Shown here: in pieces, positions 1 to 11,400 of the stretch | How the letters are laid out: every line of letters starts with the position of its first letter | Position numbering within the stretch: the first letter of the stretch is position 1 | Assembly (NCBI RefSeq): GCF_006345805.1 | Contig: NC_043003.1 | Span: forward strand, 36,890,001 to 36,954,000 | DNA: 64,000 bases | Origin: Octopus sinensis | Taxonomy: Eukaryota | Direction of reading: 5' to 3' | Made by a program: the position numbers and the translations under genes | Notes under the pieces: model-generated | Told to the model about the DNA's origin: nothing | Database searches by the model: none | What the model saw: the letters and a program-made list of their open reading frames with translations, nothing else

Positions 1-968
1 AGATGACATCAAGCTGTATCTCGAAATAAAGAGGTCAAATCCTCTACACTATAGATCTCTATTGCAAGCAGACCTGGACACAATGCAGCAGTGGATCATG
101 GACTGGCAACTCAAACTGGCTGTGGACAAATGTACCACCATGCATTTTGGGAGGAGAAACCCAGCGTCCACCTACTCCCTCCACAACACTAGTCTCAAAA
201 AGTCTTCATGTGAACGTGACCTGGGTGTTATTGTCGACAGTGATTTGCGTTGGATAAAACACATCGCTAAAATTGTCAAGAAGGCTGAGGGTGTATTAGC
301 ATCACTCACCAAATCCTTTGTGAGCCGCTCTCTGGCTATCTATCTGCGGCTTTATATAGCTATGGTAAGACCTCACCTGGAATTTGCATCACCGGTCTGG
401 AACCCCTATCTTGCCCAGGATATCAATCGTCTGGAAGCTGTTCAGCGACGTGCAACCAAAAGAATACCCTCCATCAGGCATTTGCCATATCCTGAACGCC
501 TTACTTCCCTGGGCATGGACACATTGAAACTCCGACGTCTGGCAGCTGACTTGGCAGACACCCATAAAATTATCAACCATCGTACAAACAATAACTCTGA
601 GCACCTTTTCAAACTCCACCCATCTAACACCCGTGGACATATTTACAAAGTAAGAAAACAGCACAGCTCCCATGACTTCAGGAAACATTTTTTGACGCTG
701 AGAGTTGCTGAAGCATGGAACAAACTGCCGGCATCAGTTGTTAGTTGTCGGAGCACTGCATCCTTCAAAACTTCCATGCTTCCTGAGATTCGCCAACACT
801 ACACTTGATTTTCTCCCCTCCATACACACACAAGCATGTATCTGACTCATACATTGTTCGCTTTCCAGACATTTCTACATTACTGCATGTACTTTATATG
901 CACTTTCTGACAAGTTGTGGTGCACCTGAGCACTGTATACAATTAATTTCATTGTTATTATTATTATA
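1..968 (+). mobile_element. CR1-clade LINE, 3' end (runs off the window start)
   Basis: RT C-terminus with DLGV..D, VRPHLEFASPVWNPY, LEAVQRRATK and WNKLP motifs, then a ~150-nt 3' UTR ending in (ATT)n. Confidence 0.9.
2..808 (+). CDS. CR1 ORF2 reverse transcriptase, C-terminal part
   Basis: Open frame from position 2 (DDIKLY, end of the RT YxDD motif) to the stop at 808; includes track ORF 62..808. Confidence 0.85.
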   Translation, partial: DDIKLYLEIKRSNPLHYRSLLQADLDTMQQWIMDWQLKLAVDKCTTMHFGRRNPASTYSLHNTSLKKSSCERDLGVIVDSDLRWIKHIAKIVKKAEGVLASLTKSFVSRSLAIYLRLYIAMVRPHLEFASPVWNPYLAQDINRLEAVQRRATKRIPSIRHLPYPERLTSLGMDTLKLRRLAADLADTHKIINHRTNNNSEHLFKLHPSNTRGHIYKVRKQHSSHDFRKHFLTLRVAEAWNKLPASVVSCRSTASFKTSMLPEIRQHYT

Positions 969-1194
969 AAATTAATAATATAATTTTTAAATGATTGGGA
1001 GACGGGCTTAGATTGAAAATGAAGAGCGAGTAGCCAAGAAGGATGCCGTTTTGTGGAGTAAGTCAAGATGGACGTTTAGAGTGGGTGCGCAGATGCCTGA
1101 ATCAGAATATTTGAGCACCTTAATCAATTATATGGGGATAGTAGCATGTATTAGTGTGGTGTATGAATGTATAGAGATCTTTGTCTTTGATTCC

Positions 1195-1515
1195 TTTCAG
1201 TTAAGAATCACCATGGTATTGCATCTAGAAAGTTCCTCTCCGAGACACAAGTCCGGGAAGGTTGTTTATGGAGGAACAGCAGTTGCCCATGCATACCAGT
1301 ATCCCCTCTCCACGCCACCAATGTTGTCCAAGGGAAAATGCCGATATAGCTTGGTACCAATCACGTCGCAACTCATTTCTACAGCTGAGTGAACTGGAGC
1401 AATGTGAAATAAGGGGTCTTGCTCAAGAACACGGCACACAGCCCTGTCCAGGAATCCAATCCGCTACCTTATGATTTTGAGCCCAACGGTCTAACCACTG
1501 AGTCATGCGCCTCAC
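1195..1515 (-). mobile_element. tRNA-headed SINE, family E
   Basis: Minus strand reads GGCGCATGACTCAGTGGTTAG...GATTCC (A/B boxes), then CTTGAGCAAGAC core; homologous to 35483-35680 and 36395-36572. Confidence 0.75.
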
Positions 1516-1934
1516 CTGTATATAGATATGAGGGGAAATTTTGTATTGTTGGTTTCGGGCGGTGGGGCGGTAATGTGATGTCGATGTCTCTGTATAGGTT
1601 TCATGGTTAGTGTGAAAGCCTAAGCTTCAAGCTGTTCGAGAGTACATGTGTGTGTGATAAAAAATGTCGAAGAAACCGTATTTGATTGTATGGAGAGGCG
1701 AAATCTGGTGTAATACGCATGTTACATATGTGAGTGCGTATGTGCAAAACAAAAAACATGTTCTGGGGAAAGACTTCTTGTTTTATTTTTGCTCGTGCAA
1801 AAGTGAAAGAGAGAATGAAAGCTTAAAAAGTAAATTAAGAGGTCAAAATACCCGGGATGGTAAATAGCAAAGATTATTCTAACAGTCCAAGACGTCCGTA
1901 GCGTACAAGAAGCTAATGAAATAGATGCACAATA

Positions 1935-1941
1935 TAAATAT

Positions 1942-2004
<63 letters not shown>

Positions 2005-2015
2005 TATATATATAA
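1935..2015. repeat. (TA)n microsatellite
   Basis: Direct reading. Confidence 0.95.
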
Positions 2016-2554
2016 AACGAAAAGGTATGAGCTTCAATATATACGTGCACATTGAAACTATCGAAAATGGCCGATGGAAAAAGGAGTGAAGAACAAGTGT
2101 TCTTTTCTAAAGGAGGAGCTAAAACAAAAGTAAGGAAGCAGTGAAAAATGTAAGAATGTGTAGATGCGAAGGTGTAACGGAGTGAGCATTCGTCAATCAA
2201 TCTGAGCGATAAATGGAAGGAGAGTCAAGATGTCTACATGTCTTTCCATATACGTATCAATGAGTGTATAGAAATAGCAGTGTGAATGTGTCAAACAGCA
2301 GTCTTCTTTGCGTGTAGGAAGGGGAGTAGTCGAAGAGAACAAATAGTGTAAGGGTGAATGCAGATAGTTTGAATTCTTGCATTCGAAGAATGTTAGTGTG
2401 ATATGGTGGATAGGTCTGGTTTGGAAATGAGGCGAATTTGATGTTGTGTAGTACGATTGCAATTAAGACTATTATTCTATAAGGAAATGAGAAGGGCAAA
2501 CAGCTACAGTTATGTAATTCTGGTTGGACAACGCGAGTCTGTGAGTGGAAGTAA

Positions 2555-2775
2555 GGTATATGTATGTGTGTGTGTCCTCCTGCCACCGCTTGACAACCGG
2601 TGTTGGTGCGTTTACATCCCCGTAACTTAACGGTTCAGCAAAAGCCACCGGTGGAATAAGTACCAGGCTTTAAAAATTATGTACTGCGTGCGATACAGCC
2701 GACTAAAAATTCTTCAAAGCAGTGACCCAGCATGGCTGCAGTCTAATGGCTGAAACAAGTGATAGATAAAAACGA
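2555..2775 (+). mobile_element. SINE family B, 3' half
   Basis: CGCTTGACAACC...CCCCGTAACTT...CTGAAACAAGT matches the reverse complement of the full copy at 3083-3485. Confidence 0.7.
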
Positions 2776-2776
2776 T

Positions 2777-2834
<58 letters not shown>

Positions 2835-2836
<2 letters not shown>

Positions 2837-3007
2837 TACTCCAAACATGAAAACACCAAGAGAAAACGCAACAACGCGAGGACGTGGAACAAATGTAGTA
2901 TTATTGGACGCTCAGGAAGGAAGGGAAGAAGGAGGGTTTTACGTTTCGAGTGGAGCTCTTCGTCAGAAACATAGGGAAAAAAAAGATCCAGAGAAGGGAA
3001 GACGGAT
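2835..3007 (-). mobile_element. Short Penelope-like or retrozyme-like element carrying a hammerhead motif, flanked by (TA)n
   Basis: Contains the hammerhead at 2936-2970; similar to 21840-22030. Confidence 0.55.
2936..2970 (-). ncRNA. Minimal type I hammerhead ribozyme motif
   Basis: GUUU-CUGACGA-A-GAG(CUCCA)CUC-GAAA-CGU-A-AAAC: canonical core, stem I GUUU/AAAC, palindromic ACGU stem III. Confidence 0.7.
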
Positions 3008-3082
3008 ATATATATATATATATGTGTGTGTGTCTGTGTGTGTATTGTGTATGTATGTATGTATATATATATATATATATAT

Positions 3083-3483
3083 CTTTTACTTGTTTCAGTC
3101 ATGTGACTGGACCATGCTGGTGCACCGCATTTAGTCGAGCGAATCGACCCCAGGACTTATTCTTTGTAAGCCTAGTACTTATGCTATCGGTCCCTTTTGC
3201 CGCACCGCTACGTTACGGGGACGTAAACTCACCAGCACCGGTTATCAAGCGATGTTGGGAGAGGACAAACACAGACACACAAACACATATACACACACAT
3301 ACATATATGTATTCATATATACGACGGGCTTCTTTCAGTTTCCGTCTACCAAATCTACTCACAAGGCTTTGGTCGGCCCGATGCTACAGTAGAATACACA
3401 TGCCCAAGGTGCCACACAGTGGGACTGAACCTGGAACCATATGGTTCATATGCAAACTACTTACCACACAGCCACTCCTACGC

Positions 3484-3485
<2 letters not shown>
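3083..3485 (-). mobile_element. SINE family B, full length (tRNA head plus CORE-like CCTTGGGCA segment)
   Basis: Head AGGCGTAGGAGTGGCTGTGTGGTAAG...GGTTCAGTCCC; many homologous copies in the window. Confidence 0.85.
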
Positions 3486-3519
<34 letters not shown>

Positions 3520-3525
3520 ATATAT

Positions 3526-3557
<32 letters not shown>

Positions 3558-3859
3558 TGGTACACATGTTTCTATTTTTGTGGGAGCATGTATGCAAGTA
3601 TTCCGTTATGAGTAGACTAAAAGTGAGAAATTTCGCACCGAAATACCTTTGTAAACGTCTCAGTCTAACAGAACATAAAAGTCATAGAAGAGAAAACATT
3701 ACGTGTAATTTAATAACCAAAACCTAAACTCAATAAACAACTATCTTGCACTGATAGATCTCCCCCAAAAGACAACCGTACACACTTGTGTATACCCACG
3801 ACGTGCGTCCACCATATATATGTGTATATACATGTGTGTGTGTGTGAGAAAGAGAGAGA

Positions 3860-3890
<31 letters not shown>

Positions 3891-4130
3891 TGTGTGTAAG
3901 TGTGTGTAGACATATACATGTACATACAGTTGTGATAAATACCATAATATATACGTATATATATATTATGTATATATATAAGTGAGTGTGTGTGTACATA
4001 CAATATATATGTACGCGTGTATGTATATGTACGTATTTATGTTTACTGATGTCTGCGTTTGTGTGAATGTATTTGTACGTGTTTGTGTCTGTCTGTGTAT
4101 ATCTATGCATCTATATAGGTTAACGCAACT
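3486..4130. repeat. Mixed (TATC)n/(TA)n/(GT)n low-complexity tract
   Basis: Direct reading. Confidence 0.85.
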
Positions 4131-4394
4131 AGACGGGCATGAACAAACACTTCAAGATAAAAAAAGAAATTGTTTCTCTTGCTAAACCTATGAAATATTG
4201 ACTTCACATCTACTAATCAAATCTAGTACAAGTAAACGTCAAATCTAAATGTGGACTTTTATTTGGAACTTATATATGCAAATAGAGACACTTGATCTGG
4301 CTCCGATAGTTCCTAATTTTTTGATTTTTCTTCAAAACAATCAACAACAACAACGAAGACAACAACAGCAACAATATTAATAATCATTTCAATA

Positions 4395-4783
4395 ATAGGC
4401 ACAAGACCTAGAGTTTTGAGGTGGGAGCTAGTAGATTTTATCAATACCAGTGGTTGACCGATACTCATCCCGTCGACCCCGAAAGGGCGGAAAGCAATGT
4501 CAACCTTGCGGAATTTGAACTCAGAACATAAAAACAGACGAAATACCTATTTCCTTACTACCCACAAGGGGCTAAGCACAGAGGGTACAAACAAGGACAG
4601 ACAAACGGATTAAGTCGATTACATCGACCCCAGTGTGTAACTGGTACTTAATTTATCGATCTCAAAAGGATCAAAAGCAAAGTCGACCTCGACGGAATTT
4701 GAACTCAGAAAGTAACGGCAGGCGAAATACCGCTAAGCATTTTGCGCGGCGTGCTAACGATTCTGCTAGCTCGCCGCCTTCGC
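4395..4783 (-). mobile_element. SINE family A dimer (A1 monomer plus body with A2 tail)
   Basis: Head GGCGGCGAGCTAGCAGAA, B box GAGTTCAAATTCC; junction GAAATA|GGTATTTCG at 4547/4548. Confidence 0.8.
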
Positions 4784-4863
<80 letters not shown>

Positions 4864-4866
<3 letters not shown>

Positions 4867-7800
4867 CTAGCAAATATACGGAGATATATAAACTAGCAAA
4901 TATACGGAGATATATTCTCAACGCAAAAAAAATATCAGAAATAGAAATAGAACATTTAAAAGAAAAAAATGCATCAGGAAAATGTAGATAGAAGCCACAC
5001 AACAATGCCAAATAATATAAACACTGAAACAGTAAAACACAAAGACAAACGTAACATTTCCAACAAAAACGATGTAAACAAAAAACAACAAACCCAGACC
5101 GTAAGTACACATAATAATACACAACAAACAGCAAGCCAAAACATGACAAACAAACATACGGATGAGATAGAAAGCGACACAAATCTAAAACCTGGAAACA
5201 ATGAAGGGGAGCCTAATGATTATGAAACTATAAAAAGTAGAATAATCAAAGAACTGAAAACCACAGAGATCAAAATGGACCAACGACCATACCTCCCAAA
5301 AATCAAAATAGACAAAACAACAACATCAATTATAAACAACATAAACCTAGCCGTCACGGAACTAAAAGCCACTGAAACAAAAAGCGACATCACTGAGCTA
5401 AATGACTTAGTATACGCAGCAGCCACTGCAGCCACAAAAGAAGCTGGATACTCACTCAAACCCATCCGAACAGGAGTACCACCACCCAAACAAACCATGT
5501 GGATAAATAACATCCAAAACAAAATTAAAAAATGAGAAAAGATCTGTCGATACTTAATGAAATCAGTAGACAATCAACGCTACTGAGCAACAAAAAGAAA
5601 GCAAAAATACTCCGCAAATACAACACCACAGAAAAAGATTTACCTGAGTTAAAAGAAAAGCTATAACAAGATACCCTTGCCAAAGCACAAACGATCCGCC
5701 GGTACGAGAAACGCCAACGTTTCTTTGAACAAAACAAAAAGTTCAACTCCAGCCCCAAAAAGTTCTACCAAGAACTTGGAAAAATAAAATAGAAATCACT
5801 GCAGCACCAACGGCAGAAGAAGTGGAAGAATTCTGGAGAGAAATATGGTCGGCGAACGAACAACCAAAAAAAAAAGAGTATTAAAACAACAAACTCAGCA
5901 TCTGAGCAACTTTGGACCCCCATAACAACTGAAGAGGTCACCCAGGCACTGCAATGACTAAGCAACTGAAAGGCACCTGGGCATGACAAGATCCCTAACT
6001 TCTGGTTGAAATATCTAACAGGAATGCACAAAACGCTGGCTGAAAATTTTAACAACATACTGGCAGAGCCAGAGACAATGCCTGAATGGCTCACGAAGGG
6101 GAAAACCATCTTAACTCCCAAATCAAATGAGACAGCAAAACCAGAAAACTACAGACCTATAACCTGTCTCCCTACAATGTACAAAGCATTTACTGCAGTA
6201 ATATCGCAAAGATTGAACAAGCACCTGGACGAAAACAACCTGTTTTCAGAAGAGTAGAAAGGATGCCGCAAAGGCTCATATGGCTGTAAAGATCAACTAA
6301 TGATTAATAAAGCCATAACTGAAGACAGCCACAGAAAGAAGAAAGGCCTTAGTATGGCCTGGATCGACTACAAAAAGGCGTTTGATAGTATCCCCCACAC
6401 ATGGATCCTCGAAACACTAGCCATGATCAAAGTTGCACCAACAATTATAAAATACATAGGACGCTCTATGAATAAATGGCAAACAGTGCTACAGCTCCAA
6501 ACAAAAGAGAGACTTGTGAAAACCAAAGCCATCCCCATTAGAAGAGGAATATTCCAGGGAGATACGCTCTCTCCACTTCTTTTCTGCTTGGCACTGTCAC
6601 CTCTATCGGATATGCTAAACAGAACTGGATGCGGATATAAATGTTACGGCAAAACGATCAGCCACCTTTTATATATGGATGACTTAAAACTATACGCTAC
6701 CAATGACAAACAGCTGGAAACACTACTAAAGACAGTTCATGAATTTACCAAAGAAATAGATATGAAATTTGGATTAGCGAAATGCGCCAAAGTAACCCTG
6801 AAAAGAGGGAAAATAGTTAAGAGTAGCAACATCACACTAGATAAAACCAATGAAATAAAAGAATTAGACCAAAGCCAAACTTACAAATACTTAGGAATCC
6901 ATGAACTAGATAAGACACAACACACACAAATGAAAGAGAAAATTTTTTAAAATATTATAGACGAGTTAGATCAATACTGAAAACAGAGCTCAGTGCTAAA
7001 AACAAGATAATAGGTATCAACACTTTTGCCGTCCCAGTTATAAGTTACAGCTACAATATCCTTAACTGGACACTAAATGAACTGACCAAAATAAATAGGA
7101 AAACAAGAAAAATAATGACAGGATCTAGGATGCATCACCCAAAATCTGACATAGAAATGCTATATGTACAACGTATAGATGGTGGTAGAGGCCTTATACA
7201 GCTGGAAAACTACTATAAAATAACCACCATAGAACTGAAAAAATATCTACTTCAGAAGAAAGGAAAACTGATACAAATAGCGGCAAAACACGAGCAAAGC
7301 AAAACATTGTTCTCAGTATTTAAGGAAGCTGACAAATACAAACAAGAAATCATACCACCTAACAAATATGAAGAAGAAGAAGAAGAGAAGAAGAAGAAGA
7401 AGAAGAAGAAGAAGAAGAAGAAGAAGAAGAAGAAGAAGAAGAAGAACAACAACAACAACAACAACAACAAAAAGAAACAACAAAAGCTATAAAACAAATG
7501 AAATCCAAACTAAAAATAGAACAGCAACGAACCATGATAAACGATGGCAAGAAAAGCCTCTTCATGGCAAATACTGGACTAAACTAAATGCAAAAGAAAT
7601 AGACAAAGAAAAATCCCAACAATGGTTGAGAAGCTCAGGACTCAAAGCAGAGACAGAAGGATTTTTAATTGCAGCACAAGACCAAAGCCTCCCCACCAGA
7701 AATTACCAAAAACATGTAATGAAAAGAAATATAACAAGTAACTGCAGAATATGTGGAGATGGACAAGAAACAATAAATCATATTATCTCTGGCTGCCCAG

Positions 7801-8402
7801 TCCTGGCTAAGAAGGAATATATTCACAGACACGACAGAGTTGGGACTATACACTGGAAACTATGCCAACATTATAGAATAACAACAGAAAAAAGATGGTA
7901 TAGGCACACACCAGAAAAGGTCACAGAAAATGAGAAAGCAACCATGCTCTGGGATATGCCAATACACACAGATAGAGAAATTAAGGCCAACAGACCAAAT
8001 ATAGCTGTCAGAGATCATGAAGAAAAAAAATGTTTTCTAATTGATGTATCAATACCAGCGGATGACAACGTGTCTCTAAAAGAAATGGAGAAACTTTCAA
8101 AATACAAAGACCTGGAAATAGAGGTAACCAGAATGTGGAATCTAAAAGCAGAAACAATTCCTATCATAATAGGTGCATTAGGCATGATAAAAAATATTCA
8201 GACAAATACATAACAAAAACACCAGGACTTACAAACACATATAACATACAGAAAATTGCACTACTAGGCACTGCACACATCCTACGCAGAACACTTTCCA
8301 TACAATAACCATCAGAGCATCACAAGAAATCACAACACATACCCAAGGCACACAGAGCTGTGCTCCGTAGTGAAGTGAAAGCACGATATAAAAAATATAC
8401 TA

Positions 8403-8405
<3 letters not shown>
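4864..8405 (+). mobile_element. R4/Dong-like RLE non-LTR retrotransposon (subfamily a), 5'-truncated and decayed
   Basis: RT motifs APGHDKIPNFWLK, YRPITCLPTMYK, WIDYKKAFDS, GIFQGD, LLYMDD; CCHC CRICGDGQETINHIISGC; RHD; RPNIAV...D; K..KY..L; several stops and frameshifts; (AAT)n on both sides. Confidence 0.9.
7367..7480. repeat. Compound (GAA)n(CAA)n microsatellite inside the LINE ORF
   Basis: Direct reading. Confidence 0.95.
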
Positions 8406-8470
<65 letters not shown>

Positions 8471-8474
<4 letters not shown>

Positions 8475-9523
8475 TTGCTATTGATCTCGTGCAGGATACC
8501 CAAACTGAACAACCCGAGGGAAGTACGGCAACTATTGTTGCAAAGAAGGTGAAAATGATGGCAATGAAAAAAAGCGCACGAGCAATTGGCTGATAGGTGG
8601 GAGGAGAAACCTCTGCACGGCAAATATGTGACCCGCAGCAAACATGCTGATGTTGACCAGAAGCAAACCCATCAGTGGCTACGGAGCTCAGGGCTAAAAG
8701 CAGAGAGCGAAGGTTTCATCCTGGCTGCTCAAGATCAAAGCCTATTCACCCGGAACTACCAGGCCAATGTGATGAAAAATGGGGTAGACCCAAAATGCCG
8801 ATTCTGCAACGACATGATTGAAACAGTGGACCACCTAATCTCTGGATGTAAAGTCTTAGCACCAGTGGAGTATAAATTAAGACATGACAGAGTTGGCCAA
8901 TATCTACACTGGCTAATAAGTCGGCATTACAATATCAAAACTGCCGACAAGTGGTATAATCACCACCCTGAGGCTGTAACTGAAGGAGAAAATGTAACCA
9001 TTCTGTGGGACTTTCCAGTACATACAGACCGAACCATCAAGGCCAATAAACCAGATATTGTTGTGAAAGACCAAAACAATAAAGCTTGCTTATTGATCGA
9101 CGTGAGCATCCCCTGTGATCATAATATCTCAGCGAAAAAGTTTGACAAGCTCAGAAAATATAAAGACCTACTCATTGAAATTGAGAAAATGTGGCATCTC
9201 AAGGCGGTTACAATACCAGTGATCGTAGGAGCACTAGGAATGATCAAGAAGGGAACCGAAAATTATATGAGAATGATCCCTGGCTTACCATCCATGCAAG
9301 AAGTGCAAAAGATTGTCTTAACTGGTACATCACACGTATTGAGAAGAGCATTGTCGATGTGAGAACTGTTGCTGCTCATGTATTTTAATTTTAAAAAAAA
9401 AATGAACGAACTATTGAGTTTGGTTTAATGGCCTACCAATGTATACTATGAGTTTCTTTGCCCTAGGAGTCGGGAAGACACCCGGCAAGAAATGGAAGCA
9501 AATTTGAAAGAAAAAAAAAAAAA
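8471..9523 (+). mobile_element. Dong-like LINE subfamily b, 3' fragment (zinc knuckle plus RLE), copy 1
   Basis: ORF 8586..9362: CRFCNDMIETVDHLISGC, RHD, KPDIVV, K..KY..L, PVIVGALG; ends in poly(A) then (AAT)n. Confidence 0.9.
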
Positions 9524-9539
9524 ATAATAATAATAATAA

Positions 9540-9578
<39 letters not shown>

Positions 9579-9582
<4 letters not shown>

Positions 9583-10631
9583 TTGCTATTGATCTCGTGC
9601 AGGATACCCAAACTGAACAACCCGAGGGAGGTACGGCAACTATTGTTGCAAAGAAGGTGAAAATGATGGCAATGAAAAAAAGCGCACGAGCAATTGGCTG
9701 ATAGGTGGGAGGAGAAACCTCTGCACGGCAAATATGTGACCCGCAGCAAACATGCTGATGTTGACCAGAAGCAAACCCATCAGTGGCTACGGAGCTCAGG
9801 GCTAAAAGCAGAGAGCGAAGGTTTCATCCTGGCTGCTCAAGATCAAAGCCTATTCACCCGGAACTACCAGGCCAATGTGATGAAAAATGGAGTAGACCCA
9901 AAATGCCGATTCTGCAACGACATGATTGAAACAGTGGACCACCTAATCTCTGGATGTAAAGTCTTAGCACCAGTGGAGTATAAATTAAGACATGACAGAG
10001 TTGGCCAATATCTACACTGGCTAATAAGTCGGCATTACAATATCAAAACTGCCGACAAGTGGTATAATCACCACCCTGAGGCTGTAACTGAAGGAGAAAA
10101 TGTAACCATTCTGTGGGACTTTCCAGTACATACAGACCGAACCATCAAGGCCAATAAACCAGATATTGTTGTGAAAGACCAAAACAATAAAGCTTGCTTA
10201 TTGATCGACATAAGCATCCCCTGTGATCATAATATCTCAGCGAAAAAGTTTGACAAGCTCAGAAAATATAAAGACCTACTCATTGAAATTGAGAAAATGT
10301 GGCATCTCAAGGCGGTTACAATACCAGTGATCGTAGGAGCACTAGGAATGATCAAGAAGGGAACCAAAAATTATATGAGAATGATCCCTGGCTTACCATC
10401 CATGCAAGGAGTGCAAAAGATTGTCTTAACTGGTACATCACACGTATTGAGAAGAGCATTGTCGATGTGAGAACTGTTGCTGCTCATGTATTTTAATTTT
10501 TTTAAAAAAATGAACGAACTATTGAGTTTGGTTTAATGGCCTACCAATGTATACTATGAGTTTCTTTGCCCTAGGAGTCGGGAAGACACCCGGCAAGAAA
10601 TGGAAGCAAATTTGAAAGAAAAAAAAAAAAA
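9579..10631 (+). mobile_element. Dong-like LINE subfamily b, 3' fragment, copy 2 (tandem duplicate, 1108-bp period)
   Basis: ORF 9694..10470 nearly identical to copy 1, with the same 5' end. Confidence 0.9.
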
Positions 10632-10642
10632 ATAATAATAAT

Positions 10643-10674
<32 letters not shown>

Positions 10675-11050
10675 TGTGGCTGACGATATGTGCATCGCTG
10701 ATCACGAGCAGAAGTAGTGGAGGAGCATCATAGTCATATGTTGAGAGGAATTCTTTGTGGTTAGGATAATTCCCCTTTGGAAGCATGTTTTGTTCAACAT
10801 CCTTAAACAACTTTTATTGGGGGACCTTTTGAGCGGGATGGGCTACTCGACCTGAAAGAAATTCTAACTGGGCCCCACCTGCAAGGTCATGCGCTGTTTA
10901 TCTTGATACGAGATCTCCATGTTGCACACATATGGTTGTGATGCATGTACCTGGTGTACCCTTATCAGGCGGGTAGTCATGCTGGGTATACTGGACTTTG
11001 TATAGTTACCCCAGTGTCACTTTTATGGCATGCTCTGCCCTCTCACTCAA
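10675..11050 (+). mobile_element. Repeat family C (non-coding, (AAT)n-tailed)
   Basis: Homologous to 11660-12101 and, inverted, to 30113-30560; ends CTCTCACTCAATAAT. Confidence 0.75.
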
Positions 11051-11400
11051 TAATGATAATAATGGTTACATATTTTGGCACAAAACCAGCGATTTCAAGG
11101 GCGAGGTAAGCCGATTACACCGCTGACAATATTAACTACTGTTCTATACATACGTAGAGACTGTTTTCATTCATGAATGTAGTATAAAGTCAAAAATTGT
11201 CCGATAATCTACCTACGCTACACTTAACAGGTAACCTTACCTCTTTACAACTCTGTGTTACACTCCTGTCAATGGGTGGTTGTTTTTCTGCAAATTCTTC
11301 CTTCTTCTTAACCCCTCTTTCTCTTTATGTTATTTTTCTTTTTCGTTTCAAGATTTTTGTATATCACTTCCGCAATGATAATATTCTCTCTACATCAATT

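Noticed and set aside
8586-10470. Two 258-aa ORFs as a stand-alone endonuclease gene pair
   Set aside because: They start at TTG just after a frameshift and are simply the 3' end of a truncated LINE ORF
4786-11050. CRISPR-like repeat-spacer appearance
   Set aside because: The repeats are variable (AAT)n tracts and the spacers are kb-size retroelements; eukaryotic context and no cas genes
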